Origin: Chrysomallon squamiferum
Taxonomy: Eukaryota > Animalia > Mollusca
NCBI GenBank assembly: GCA_012295275.1
Contig: CM022665.1
Coordinates: 4,154,001 to 4,218,000 of the forward strand
Direction of reading: 5' to 3'
Length of the DNA: 64,000 bases
Shown here piece after piece: positions 1-13,625 of the stretch. The notes beneath the pieces are model-generated. The model saw nothing but the letters and a program-made list of their open reading frames with translations. It did not search any database and was not told the DNA's origin. Position 1 is the stretch's first letter; the number at the start of each line of letters is the position of its first letter. The translations under genes were made by a program, and so were the position numbers.

Positions 1-1284
1 GGGTGTTTGCTTTTCTGCCTATAAGAAGATGTATATTAAAAAAAAGCCTAGCTGCTGATCAGTAAGGTTAATGTCTGTAGCATCAGTAGGTGTCTCTTTC
101 GTAAGATTATACAATACAAAATCTTAAAAGTTAAAGGTGTATGGTCAACACTTGATAAATATTCAAATATTAAACAAATATTGTGTCTACAAGGGAAGTG
201 ATGACAACATGAAATAGATATGTGGAAATATAGTCCTCTGCCCTGAAAAACTGTTAAATCAAAACATATGGTGTGTGCTGAGCCTTCAAAAAATGTATAT
301 AAAAATTATTTGCTATCAACTCACAAGCAGCGTTGATTCTAAACTATGGTTTCAAGAAGGATTAAGCACAGTAATTATGTAGAGACAACAAGGATTAAGT
401 GTGAAAAATACATAACTTCATATGTCTTGTTAGAACAATATATATTAAACAGTAAAGTAGTATACCAAAGATGTAATAGCAAACATATTCAACAGAATGA
501 TAAATGCCTTCTTGCTAAAGATGTTAATTTGAATACCAATTATTTTTTCACAAGCTGTGTGTAATAGTTGTAAAAAAAGTTTTTATCCCCATACTATATC
601 CTGATTGGCAGGCATGGAAGAATTTGGGAAAACGATTTTGTTATCAGAAGTTAACTATCCTGCTGTGTTTGCAAAACAACTTCACATAAAGTCATTAGAT
701 ATTATGTGTGTGCGTAAAGTAAATATAGATTCACTCATTATACCAACATCAACTGGTAAACAGCTTTGTATGTGTTGCCATAGTTACGTCATGATAAGTA
801 TAAAAACAGATCAAGCAGTTAACAGAAAGGTCATCTCATTATTTTTCTCTTTTATTATCTTTAAAAAAAAAAAAAAAAAACATTCCTCAGATTTTTTTCC
901 TTGATACTAATTTCAAACATGCTGTGTCTGTCATCATTAAAGGGAAAGATTTTTTTTAAATTTATTTATTTATAAATATTTTTTACTTTTTGTACATTGT
1001 CCTAAAGTATTAAGAATGTCTTTTCTTTCTTTTTTTTTGTTTTCAAACTTTTCATTTTATAATGTACACTGATACCAAAACAGCTTTTAATCAAACCAGA
1101 AGAGAAAGTTCAATAATTTATAAGCTCTTAAATTAATTCAGACAAAGCTCTTACTTCTTCTTTTTCTTTTAAAATGAATTTTCATACAAAATGTTTATAT
1201 CAAAGCAGCAAGACTCCATTAATGACAGTTCCATTTTCTTTTAGTCATTAAAATAAATCTCAATTTAAAATTATAAAAATAGAT

Positions 1285-1315
<31 letters not shown>

Positions 1316-4300
1316 GAAAATTGGCAAACAAGGACTTCATTTAAATTGATCCTCTTTTCACTTGAGTCCATTAAAGCAGGAACTGTAAAACGCCATTAAC
1401 TCAATATGCTCTTGGCTAAGGAACGAAATGACTTGCAAGAACACTCTTGCAATCCAACATGTTCCATAATGATAGTATTACCATGTTAGGGAAAAGCAAA
1501 CTATTGATCAGGTTGCACCTTCAATATGTCTCCAGCCTGCCAAATTGATTTACTGCTAGTCTGTGATTGCCAGAGATTGACAGAAATGTTCGTGGTCAGC
1601 AATTAAAGAGTTTGGTTGCAGACGAATTCGTGGTACTTGAGGGCATTGAGAGAAGCCGTTGAACACAGGACTGGTCAGTACTTCAAGTGAACCGGATGAT
1701 CTTAGCAACACACAAATAATCAGGTGGAAACATCAAACAGGATTATTACACTGAATCCCATTGACTCCCTGCAGGAATTTTAACTGGAGGCCTTTTGTAG
1801 ATGGATTAAAAAAATATATGATAATAATAATATAATAAAATATCTTACTACACTTAAATTATATTTCAGTTAAATTTTCTTTGTGTGTATGGGAGGAAGA
1901 GTCTTTATTTCTGCTGTGTATGTGTCTCTGTGTGTATATATATATATGTGTGTGGAATTTTGTTATGTCTTATGCGTGTATCACATATGATTGTATGTAG
2001 AAATGTGTTCTGCTTGATTGTACAAAACACCATATTCTTTTTTAATAAATTATAATTTCCATTCTCTAAACTTTTTGCCTAAAAGGCAACAACTGGTGTC
2101 TTTAAAGATCATTCCTTTGTTGTGCAGTTGAAGTTTAACATCAATACTCTGTGCAAGAGAGAAATTAAAACTTAGGCTGTGAGAAATAAAAAAGAGAAAC
2201 AATCTTTTGTCATCTAGACACATATATCAATAACTATTATCTTTTGGGCTGTTTGTATTTAAAATTTTATGAAGATAGTGTAACAGCCTGCATGAATTTC
2301 AATATTTTAATCATGGGCTATTGTTGGCTGTTGATTTTAATGTCACTGTTAAAATAATGAATGATGGATTGCAATGGTAGTTAAAACAAAACAAAAAATG
2401 AAATAAAATAAAAATAGTAAAAAACTACAAAATAAAAAATATAAAAATTAAAAATAATATGAAACCCCAAAATTAAAATAAAATTGCAGTAAGAAACAAA
2501 TTAAAAAACAACAAATCTTTACCACAAACAACTGAAAAAAAAATCAAAGATTTTTATAGTTATGGCTACTAGCTATACATAAAACAAAGACTGTACACAA
2601 AATAGTGATTAAAAAAAAAAAAAAAAAAAAAAAAACACCTCTAAAAGCTTGTTATAAAATTTATGTTCTCACCTAAATGAAAAAGTGTCAGTGTTGTTTT
2701 TCATTACGGTAACAACAATAAACAACAGTAACAGAGTAACCAGCCCATTAACTTTGCATTACAAAACCATATCCATTTCCATGTAACACCTTTTCCAACT
2801 TTTATTTTGTTTTCTTAGCATATCTCTTCAGTCTTTTTTCTACTAAAGTTTTAAAATTATTCAGCCTTTTTATATATATACATATATGTATATATTTTTT
2901 TTAAATAAATAACTGAAATAATAATTATAATTGTTACGATATCTTAATCAATTATATCACTAAAGATTATTGAGAGTTTACCATCAACATCAAGGTATGA
3001 TCGTAACTGTCCTTTTAAAATTATATACAGTGACACTGGAACAATGGCTGGATCAAACAAAAATTTAAAAATAAAAAATAAAAAATAAAAAATCCATGTG
3101 TGAAATAAATGAATGAATAAATGAATGAATCATTAATGAACGAATGAATGTTTAAATGATGAATGAATAAATACAGAATAAACGAATAAATGTTTTAAAA
3201 AATGTTATTGCAAAAATATATTCATTATATGTCACATAGAGGTAAATAACTGTATTAAAATGTAGAATCTAGATGCAAAATGAATATTTAATTTCCCTTT
3301 TTCTTCTGAATGTCCTACACATTGTAAATATACAAAAATGTATGACACAGGTGTCAAAATAAATAAAAGCATGCTTAACAGGAACTTTTCTTTTTTTATC
3401 AGATATTAAGTGTCATTGCCTGGTAAATATATGAAAATATAAAATACAGGTGTTCTTTAATTGCCTCTTAAACATATTACACCTGTGAAATACCTGTTCA
3501 TTATTCTTGAGGTAAATAGAGAAGGTATAAAATAGGTATATTGCCTCTACAATCTGTAGTGGTAATAAAGTATAGATTTCTTAAATGACATCCTTGTATG
3601 TGGTATGTGTGCATGCAGTGTTTGGTATGTGTGCATGTATTTATGTTTGAATGGGTTGCCATGTGTAGAAAAAAAAAGTGCATACATTTATACTGCACAA
3701 TTCTGTGTGATTAGGGAATGTATATGTGTATGTGTCATGCATGAGTGTGTGTCGAAAGATGAAATATATTTTATTATAGTGAATATCTCACTGTCTTTGC
3801 AAATTTCTAGTCTATTGTTTTAATTCACTGTATTACTAACAACAGATAGTCTGTCATTATCAATTTTTAATGAAAGTATTGATGTCTGATAGTCCGTCTG
3901 GCTTTTATGATAAAACCATATATAATACATTCATTGCTGTAGCTGACATCATATGTGATTTACTTTCAGTCACAAGGGAAATAGAACTTTTCTTTTTTTT
4001 GGGTTTTTTTCAACTTAGCAAACTGATAATTTGAATATGCATGTATGATTTAAAGGAGTATTAATTATTAAAATAATATAGACTATTTATTTAAGTAACA
4101 CACAAACACAAACACAAACACAAACAATATAAACCTGAATTAAAATGCAAAACAACACATTATCAATTCACTAAACTTGTAAAAAGATTCAAAGTCGCAA
4201 AAATCCATGGGAAGTAACTTTATTTGTACAAGCAATTTGCTTGCAAAATTAAATTACAATAATTTATAACCATCACATTTCAGTTCACTGTTAGTACAAC

Positions 4301-5774
4301 AAAATATGTCACAACTCACACCCAACATCCTGCTTACAAGATATTTCATTTAGAACTTATTTCAAAAGGCTATTCACAATCACACATGGATTAGATTATC
4401 ACTAAACATAATGTGTCAAGACCGAACTATCTAATCCAGTTTAGTTTAGAAAAAGAAAAGACATTATTGGTGAAAAAAAGAAACATAAAGGATGATTTTG
4501 TGAAATGGAATCCATTTTTTTTCCAGCACTAATGAAGAGCCCACGCGATAATCTATTTGAAGATGAAAGGTCTTCATGAGTCTTTGGTTATCTCCTGCTA
4601 TAATTACATATCCATTGATTTTTGGGGAAATTTTTGATGCCACCAGTAGTAACAAAATTTGAACTTTAAGTCTGAACCTGTTCACCTCCCATCATGAATT
4701 TCAGGAAGTATGAATATATCCATTAATTATTTTTAAAAAAGATCTGAAGGCAGAAATTTGATAATAAAACAAGATGTCAAAATTTATCAGAAACATAATA
4801 CTGTTGTTGTTGTTGTTGTTGTTGTTCTTCTTCTTCTTCTTCTTATTATTATTATTGTATTTATTACTTTTTTTTAATCAGAAGCATTATTATTAGAAGT
4901 ATTAGTAATGGTATTAACAGTAGCAGTAGTGGCAATAGCAATAGTAGTAGTAGTAGTAGCAACAACAAACAAACAAAAAAGGAAATAAAGTTTGAAATTA
5001 AATGTTATAAATAAATAAATAAACAAAAATGAAGTAAATATTCAGCTTTCATGTAATAATTAGTCAAAATGTAACATTTTGTGATGCACTTTATTTACAT
5101 TAATGCTTTTCTACTTCATTTACTATGTTTAATTCTTTTCAACCACAAAGAAACTGGGGCCATTCAGAATTTATACATTTTAGTACTTTATAAGCACACT
5201 ATCAAATGAAGTAATGTACAAATTGCAAATCTTAAGCCAAACAGTAGAGCTGTAAGTAAGAATATATTAATGGATCAAAGCTCACAGCAGTTTGTGGCAG
5301 AGTTTTGTTGGTAATGGCTTCAGTTCTATAAGACTAGGAGTGTTTAAAACAGATTTATTATGGCTTCAAGACGAAAAGAGGACACAAGTGCTTTAGAAAT
5401 GGATATATTAATTCTGTTCAGTGACCCATGACTTGGAACAACAGTTCAGTGAGCAATGTTCCTTTACAACACTTTTCAGCCTGCTTTCTTGTATTATAAA
5501 AGCATTCACATCTTTTGTGATTTTATGACTGATTTTTTTCCCACAGATCAAGACCCCTTTGTCTAAAACTGAATCACCTGACAAATAAAGTTGGTATAAA
5601 TTATTATTATTTTTTCCTTTAATCTTTTCTTTTTGGTTGAAGACTGACTACGTGCACATATTTGTAAAGGATGGAAGAAAGAAATGGTTTATTTAACGTC
5701 ATATTCAATACATCTTCTAAATGTAGGGTTAAATGGTATCACACACATGTTTAAGGACCATGGAGACAGTTAAA

Positions 5775-6345
5775 AATCTTACAGATATATTTTACAGATG
5801 ACTCAATCTATTCCTGTTAAGCAGTATTAAACTGTTGGTTATTTTAATATTTTATACTTTATGGTTCAAGATCTTTTTTAAATTTCTAGTTATATTGTGT
5901 TATGCATATTCTTATAGATGATACCGATGATTACAAATTTTACTGATATATTCCAAAGGTTATCTATTCCTTGAGACCAGCATTATTTAACTGCTCCTTA
6001 TTTCAGTATTTCATACACACTCCCTCAAGATTCTCTTACATGTATAGTTATATTGCACCATTCATGTTTAAAGACCTTGGTGATGATTAACAATTGTACT
6101 AATACATTCTGAAGGTTATGTAAACTATTCCTGAAGATCAACGGTATTTAATTACTGCGTCTTCAAATATTTTTTACACTTTGCCTTTTGAAGCTATTGT
6201 TAAATTATGCATGTATAAGTAGTATACTAATTACTAAAGATCCTACAGATATAGTCTAAAGGTGAATAAATCCATTTCTGAAGACCAACAGATTTAGTTA
6301 TTGCATATTCCAAAATTCTGTATACTTTACTTCAAGATCCTTGAG
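5775..6345. repeat. Degenerate tandem repeat, about 4 units of about 155 bp
   Basis: Recurring TAC(A/T)GATATATT..AAGG....CTATTCCTG....ATTTAA.TACTG....TATAC...TTCAAGATC near 5780, 5940, 6097 and 6244. Confidence 0.6.
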
Positions 6346-9300
6346 GAAATCTGAGAGCTCTTTCCAACCTAACCAATATGCAGTTCTGAGATCTCTAGGG
6401 CAATTCCACTATCATCAGAAGCATCTTGGTCAATCTGAAGTCTAGCATGATAGTATAGAATCTGTAATTGGCTGAATGCAATCATGCTAATATAAGATGG
6501 CCAGACATTTTATATCCCCTCTCTTGCTTGGTCTGTCACATTCAGATAGAACTGTCAAAATGAAATGACTAAAATCACACAGAAATGTCAAACAATAAAA
6601 TGAATGTTTTAGATTGGCGTAATATTGTCTATGAAATGCTTCCTCAAAGACTTGAAAAAATATGACAGCTCACAAATCTTATTCTCAAACAGGCTGAAAA
6701 TTTTAAAACAAATTATTGATAAACAGATGATTTTTATTTAAAAGAAAATATTCTACAGTAAACTCATCTAAATATTGTTTTGATTGTTAATAAACATGTT
6801 TTTTTTTATAAAGAATGTGCATCACAATACATTATAAATTTAATCAAAAGATTTATTGAAATGAATGAATATACATGTGGCTTTTATGAAGAAGAATTAT
6901 CACAGTCACAATATGCTGAATTCATCAGAAATGGTTTTTAATTAGTTTTTAATAGGTGGAAAAGTATGTATTAAATTAACTGGAATTCTTAACAGGCCTA
7001 TTTTTTTTTAAATGATTTTTTTGAAGAATATACCATCAGTATAAACTCAATGGTAATGCAGTATAGATATATATATATATTTAACTCCAGCAATCAATAT
7101 TCTTCTTGACATAATATTAATTTGATTTCATGAACAATTCCACCAAATTACAGTCAACACTTTGACCACAAAGACCAGTGAATTTAACGTTGTAAATCAT
7201 CCTGATGTTTAAATTCAATTATTCCATCCATTAACTCCAGTAAAGACCAGTGATGTATATTTACTTACTTTAAACTCAATTGTTAAATCTAATAATATGG
7301 GAGACTTTTCTTTGAATTACGTTAACACAGATATTCCTTTGAGAATTTACTGTTCAGTTTGTAAATTATTTTTTTCAAAGGAAAATGTAAATAAAATTAA
7401 AAGAAAACATGTTTTATTTTTTCAGTTTTTTCCAGTATTTACTTATTTGTTTGTTTGTTTGATTCATTTGTTTATTTTTTTATATTTATTCGTTTTTTGG
7501 TTTGTTTGTTCTCTTTGTGAAAATAAGTACAGAAATTAAAGATTAAACTGGTAATTTCTATATCAAACACAATTACCATTACATAAACACACATCCACAC
7601 AAACATATATAATTATTGTTAGTGAAACTTAATTATCTCAACAGCAAACTTATTGTACAAAAATATAATTTCAAACTCACAGAATCAGTAAATTAAACAG
7701 TAATATATTATGTTCCTAGTAAAACAAATTATTTCATATTTATGTGGGAGTCAGACAACAGCTTTATGTTCTATGTACAAAACAAGTGATATTGTAACAG
7801 CATGTTTTAATATAAACAAAAACCTATAAATAACCTAGTGAATGATATGTTGCATTCAAATTTCTGTAAAACAAATATTTCTTACTGTCAATATGAAAAA
7901 TTAATTACCATCACACTATAGCTGAATCGAGTAGTCGCACTCACTATCAATATATAAAAAAAAAATCACACAAAATAACTGCAGCAGCAAATTTTAATAC
8001 AAGCCAGAAGATTATTTTTCAGAACCATATGGTAAACTCAGTGTCACTGTGTCCATGACAGGCTTGCTTGGAACAGTTTTCTCATGAAAAAAATATTAAA
8101 AGACAAAATCAGAAATTATGCCCATAATTATGCCAAAAAAAAATGCCTCATTTATCTTAGTTAAAAACATACAGCAAAGTCCCTGGTTATGATGCCTGTA
8201 ACAGACTTGTCAAAACAGTTCTCTAATGAAACACTGACTAAAAATTTAATCTAAATCCAAAGTCAGCATGATAACAAAATTGCTGAATGGTTTCCCTGAT
8301 GGAAACACAGTAAATATTACTTGACACTGTGATAAAATTGTAATTGTTGTACAGTAATGGTGTCCATTAGCATCAGACATCACGTGTGCCAGTGAGACCA
8401 GTCATCTAATCACTGGTCATTCGTTTTATGACATTTTTATTTGACAATAAAATCTTCTGACAAGCCAATCTTCACCCACTGATTTGTAACAGCTAATGAT
8501 AAAAGCCTGAACATGCTCCTTCATAAATAAGCTCCAGGCAAAACAGAATAAAAGCGACTGCTGGTAATAATAAAGTGAGGTCTGTTAGTGATAAGAGATG
8601 TAGATGTAGGTGTAGACATCTTGTCGTAATCTCATTGTCCTTTCAAGCAAGGGATACCCTGAAGACATGTTTTTTACAACTCGACAAATTGTTTTGATGT
8701 TCGACATAAAAAATAATGTATGTATGTTTAACAAATCAACCAAAATGCTGTTTTCTTTGTGCTTTAAATGAAAAAAAAATTTAATATTACTCATATAAGG
8801 GTTTTTTTTCTATGCTAACAAAAATATCTGCAGATCTTTTTCTCGTTTTTTTTTTTTTTCCCCTAATTTTAGCTTAAAGCACAAAACGTAACAGGCAAAA
8901 TTCTGCTATTTGTTTTAATGACAAAATGAATATGTTAATAAATTGCTTTTATTATTGCCCATAAAACATAAATTCTTGTTGAACAAAGCATGGTTTTTCT
9001 TGTCCAGCAGCATATTTTGAAAATAACAGCATTTAGAAAGAATTGTAAGCAGAATCAATGAATAATAATGAACTTCTATGTAAATTTAGAATTTTTTTTT
9101 TTTTTGAATCATGAAAGTTATAAAAGTTTGAAATATATATTTATATGTAGATAAGTAAATAAATAAAAATAAATAAATATGAATAAAACATTTTTATTGA
9201 TCATTTATTTTGTTATACTAGTCTAAAATAAACAAATAAAATAAATATTTACTTAAAAATCTAATAATATATAAAAAAAAGTAATTTATTTTGCTGTACT

Positions 9301-10085
9301 TCTTAAAAAGTTTCGGAAGAAAATAAACAAATTAAGCACTTTGTCCCAGATAAAAGAGATGGCAAATTTATTCAGCAGAGTCAAATCTTCTCTCTATACC
9401 TTTTTTTTATAAGATGTGTGAACAGAGACTGCTCTGCATGTTCTCAGGTACTCTGAACAAAAGAACACATCTGAAAAAATGTTCTCATCAAAGAAGGAAG
9501 CTTTGTAAAACACAGCAAGACAAGATTTGCAATGGGAAATCCACAAAAGCATTTCCTTTTGTACAAACACAATGAGAAGAACTGGGAACGGGAGATACAA
9601 AATAAAGCTATTGCGGGAGAAATCTGATTTCTTTCGACCAAGCTTTAACACAATTATTAACAACATTCAGCCCAGCTGTGGCAAGGAAATTAAAAGATAT
9701 TCTAAAGAGAATCTGTCAGACAAGAGATTTTCTTTTTTTCTCCCTCTCTATTGAATTCACACATAATGACCCAACACTGACATGTTCAAATTGTAATAAG
9801 GAGTTGTATGTGTCAATAATTGAGTGTTTTTCCGGGGATGATGGTGATTGGTACGTCAGTTGTGTTAAACCCAGCACACAAAACAATCTATCAAACTTGG
9901 GTAGCAAACTCAATTACAACTAGGGCAGGAAACCATTACAAAAAAAAAGGAGAGGTTACTTTTCCTCGTATCCTGACAATTTGTTTACTTCTATTTATTA
10001 AGACAAGTAGGTGATATCCAGTTGATTTCAAAATGAAATGTGATCTAATGGATTTGCAAACAGACAGGTATTAATGTTGTCATAA

Positions 10086-10137
<52 letters not shown>

Positions 10138-11217
10138 TTCTCATTCCAACAACTGCTTTCTATGGATTTATTTTAATTTAACAGACTGTCAGATAACATT
10201 ACATTATATTACATTACATTATTTAATTATTTTCTGAATACATATTTCTATTTAACAATGTTCCTCATATCTAGAACTATATTTTAAAGTCATATATATA
10301 TATAGATATTCAATATATAACAAGGTTATGTCTGTTCTCTAACAATGACATCACAGCATGTTCAGATAACTTTGTAGTATGCAGCAGAGCATGATGACCA
10401 ACATCTGATGTTTTACCACAATAAAAGCTTTGAACGTTTGTGAACATACCCACTCTATAGCACAATATATATATATATATACATATATGTATTTATCACA
10501 TAACTACTAGACTATAACATAGAACATTCCCATGAAATACCACACAATTATGCAAACTACAAATATTATGCATATCAAATAATCATTTAATGTGCTATAT
10601 TTGTTTCATTTTTTTTTTTTTTTTATTTCTGAATATCTTATGTGCAGCACAAAAATTAATTATACTTTACACCAGGCATTAACACACACCAACATAAACA
10701 TTTTCTTTTTCTTTGATACATACTACTACACAGTTCATAACACAAACATCTACCCATAAGCTTGCACGCAAACAATAAATAAAAACATAAAGCTAATTGC
10801 TTTTTGTTTTATTTTATGAAAATTATGAAATATGAAGATGACAGTGGATGCTGAGTGAGTCACTGATAGATAATGGTAGTAAAACAACAACAAATGACAT
10901 ATGTACATACAGGTGTTATGTACCTACTGATAGTGATAAATGGCTTGTATGTGTAATAATGTCAGTCAGCTCATGTTTTAGTAAGTTGAAGGTGCTGTCA
11001 GTGTTTTGTTAATGTTAAATATTTAAAGAAATAAATAATGCAAATATTGTTACAAAGTATTAATATTCTTCTTCTTTTCTTCTTTTTTCTGTTGTTGTTG
11101 TTGTCATTAAATTTTGTAATTTTTTTAGCAATGGATTATTATTTTTTTTTAATAAAAATTGTTCTGTCTCTATTTCATTTTAATTACCTCTATTCTTTTA
11201 ATGTATTTATTATTATT

Positions 11218-11249
<32 letters not shown>

Positions 11250-11499
11250 TATTATTATTGTTATTATTATTATTTTGTACTTGTGTTTATGAATACAATG
11301 TGTCATATGTTTTACATCTACAGGACAAAATCAACTTTGCAGTTTCTGATCCACTCAACAACATACAGCAGACAAGCTTCTGAGCAGTTGATTGTATCCA
11401 GCATACAAAAACCTTTACTCTACTCCAACCTTGACCTTTCAATCTTAATAAAATTATCGGAAATTATTCCAGTCTCATTTAAGGAGATCAGTCCTTACA

Positions 11500-12180
11500 C
11501 TCTGCCATATACTGATCAATCTCTGCGTAATCCTGATAAAGATATTAAAAACCTTTCTATCTTAATTCTTATTTAAAGATATCTGTTTCTCCATTTATCC
11601 ACATACTGATAAGAAGAATTTCCACAATCTTGATATATCGTTATTAAACACATTACATTTTCAGGCTTATTTAGAGAAATGTTTTATTATGATAAGAATT
11701 TGCATAATCTTGATAAGGGTATTAAAATCATTTCTATTTTGACAGTTATTTAAATGGATGTGTACTAGCACACCATGATACAGTGATCAGATTTGACAAC
11801 AGACCTGTTTAAGATATTGCAAACCATTCCAACAGACCATGCATATTATCATATAATGATCAGAATTTGAGCAAAATCCTGATAAATATATCAAAAAAAA
11901 AACATTCTATCTTAATTCTTATTTAAAAATATCTGTTCTTTAACTGGAATTTGCTCACAATCTTGTTAACATTATTAAAAAAATATATAATGTTTTCAGG
12001 TCTATTTAAAAATATCTGTTTTATCTTCATCAAAATTTTGATAATCCTGATAAAAATAATAAAAACCACATTCTGTTTTAATATATAATTTACAGATATC
12101 TGTTCATGATTATTTCCATACTCTTACCAGAGATTTCTCACAATTTTCATAACCATTTTTATCATCATATAATTTTTTTT
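11500..12180. repeat. Degenerate tandem array, unit about 75-100 bp
   Basis: Recurring AATC(C/T)TGATAA...ATTAAAA...TATTTA.A.ATATCTGTT core. Confidence 0.65.
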
Positions 12181-13589
12181 AAATCTATCCATGCATATTT
12201 TCCATTTAGTGACCAAAATCTGCTCTCAGTCCTCAACCCTTATCAAAAATGACTTGACTCTGTCTCCAACCTGAATGACATGTTTGCAGGCCACAGGGCA
12301 ACCCCCAGACAAACAAACAGTGGCACATCATAGCATAGTTCTGCAGTCAACCTGTCACTTGGCAGGCAAATCTGTATGGTTTGCCAAGCATCCAAACAAG
12401 TCACTCTGCAACCTCAAACACAACAGCCAAGAAGGCACACATTGCTGAAATGACTTGTGTATGTGAAAGTTGTCAACACAGACCACAAGCACAAACTTAA
12501 GGTTGAAAGTTGACTGTCTGAAGTATAAGAGGGAGAAACGATGTGTAATGTTTTATACCGATTAATCAATTGTAGTGTTTAGAATAATGAAACAATGTGA
12601 TAAAATGACAAGGATTAATTTTATTTATGATCAGTGATATTGTGAAAACTTTACATGCAAGTAATACATCCCAATACATATAGATATATTCTTGAATACA
12701 TAAAACACACATACAAACATCCACACAATAGACACACATATGAATATGCTTAAATACCGTATTTGTAAAAATATAAATATGTGAAAACATTTGCTCATGA
12801 TATATATATATATATACATATATATCTTAACATGTAATATAATACATGAACCGTAACACTTGAACATGCATACACATACATTCACGCACGCACACAGACA
12901 TGCATGCACACATACACACACATATACATATACATATCAAACTCTTGTCCATACATATGTATAAAAATCATCTGATTGTATCATCTAAAAAAAAAACATT
13001 TTTTTTTAAACCAGAAGGCCTACATATCTGCTGAAACATAAAAAACAGAATAATTAAAACAAATATTTACCAAACATTACCTAAATGATTTTCCTAATGA
13101 ACAGTCATGTAATACATTATGTAACACCACTTCATTATGATATACAATTATATCTAAGTTAAGTAACAGGTGTGTGTAATAAGGATTTATCATGGCCACA
13201 GATTATGAAGCAGTACAGCTGCATTTAACAAACATGTCAAATGAAGTGTCTGCTGTCAGATGAAGAGGAAACTTCTATAGTCCACTTTTCCTCATATCCT
13301 GTACTTAATCTACAGAAGGATATGCTTCTGCCTGTCAACATTTCAGATATGATCTGAGTACTAGACAAAGTGAGAGGTAAATACAGACCAATGTATGTGT
13401 GATCTGACATTCTGCCAAGTGACCAACAGCCTTGGCACTGGTTTTTTTTTTAAATATATCAATGAAGAATTTTAGCACAATATGTACTGTGGAACCAATT
13501 AACAGACCATTCATATTCTCTTTATACACTGAATAAAAACCCAAATGCTTTTTTCTTTACTGTTACAATATAGAAGCAACCTGTTTGTG

Positions 13590-13625
<36 letters not shown>

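Noticed and set aside
4581-4603. TCTTTGGTTATCT, identical to the first 13 nt of miR-9
   Set aside because: The 3' half diverges and there is no complementary arm to form a pre-miRNA hairpin.
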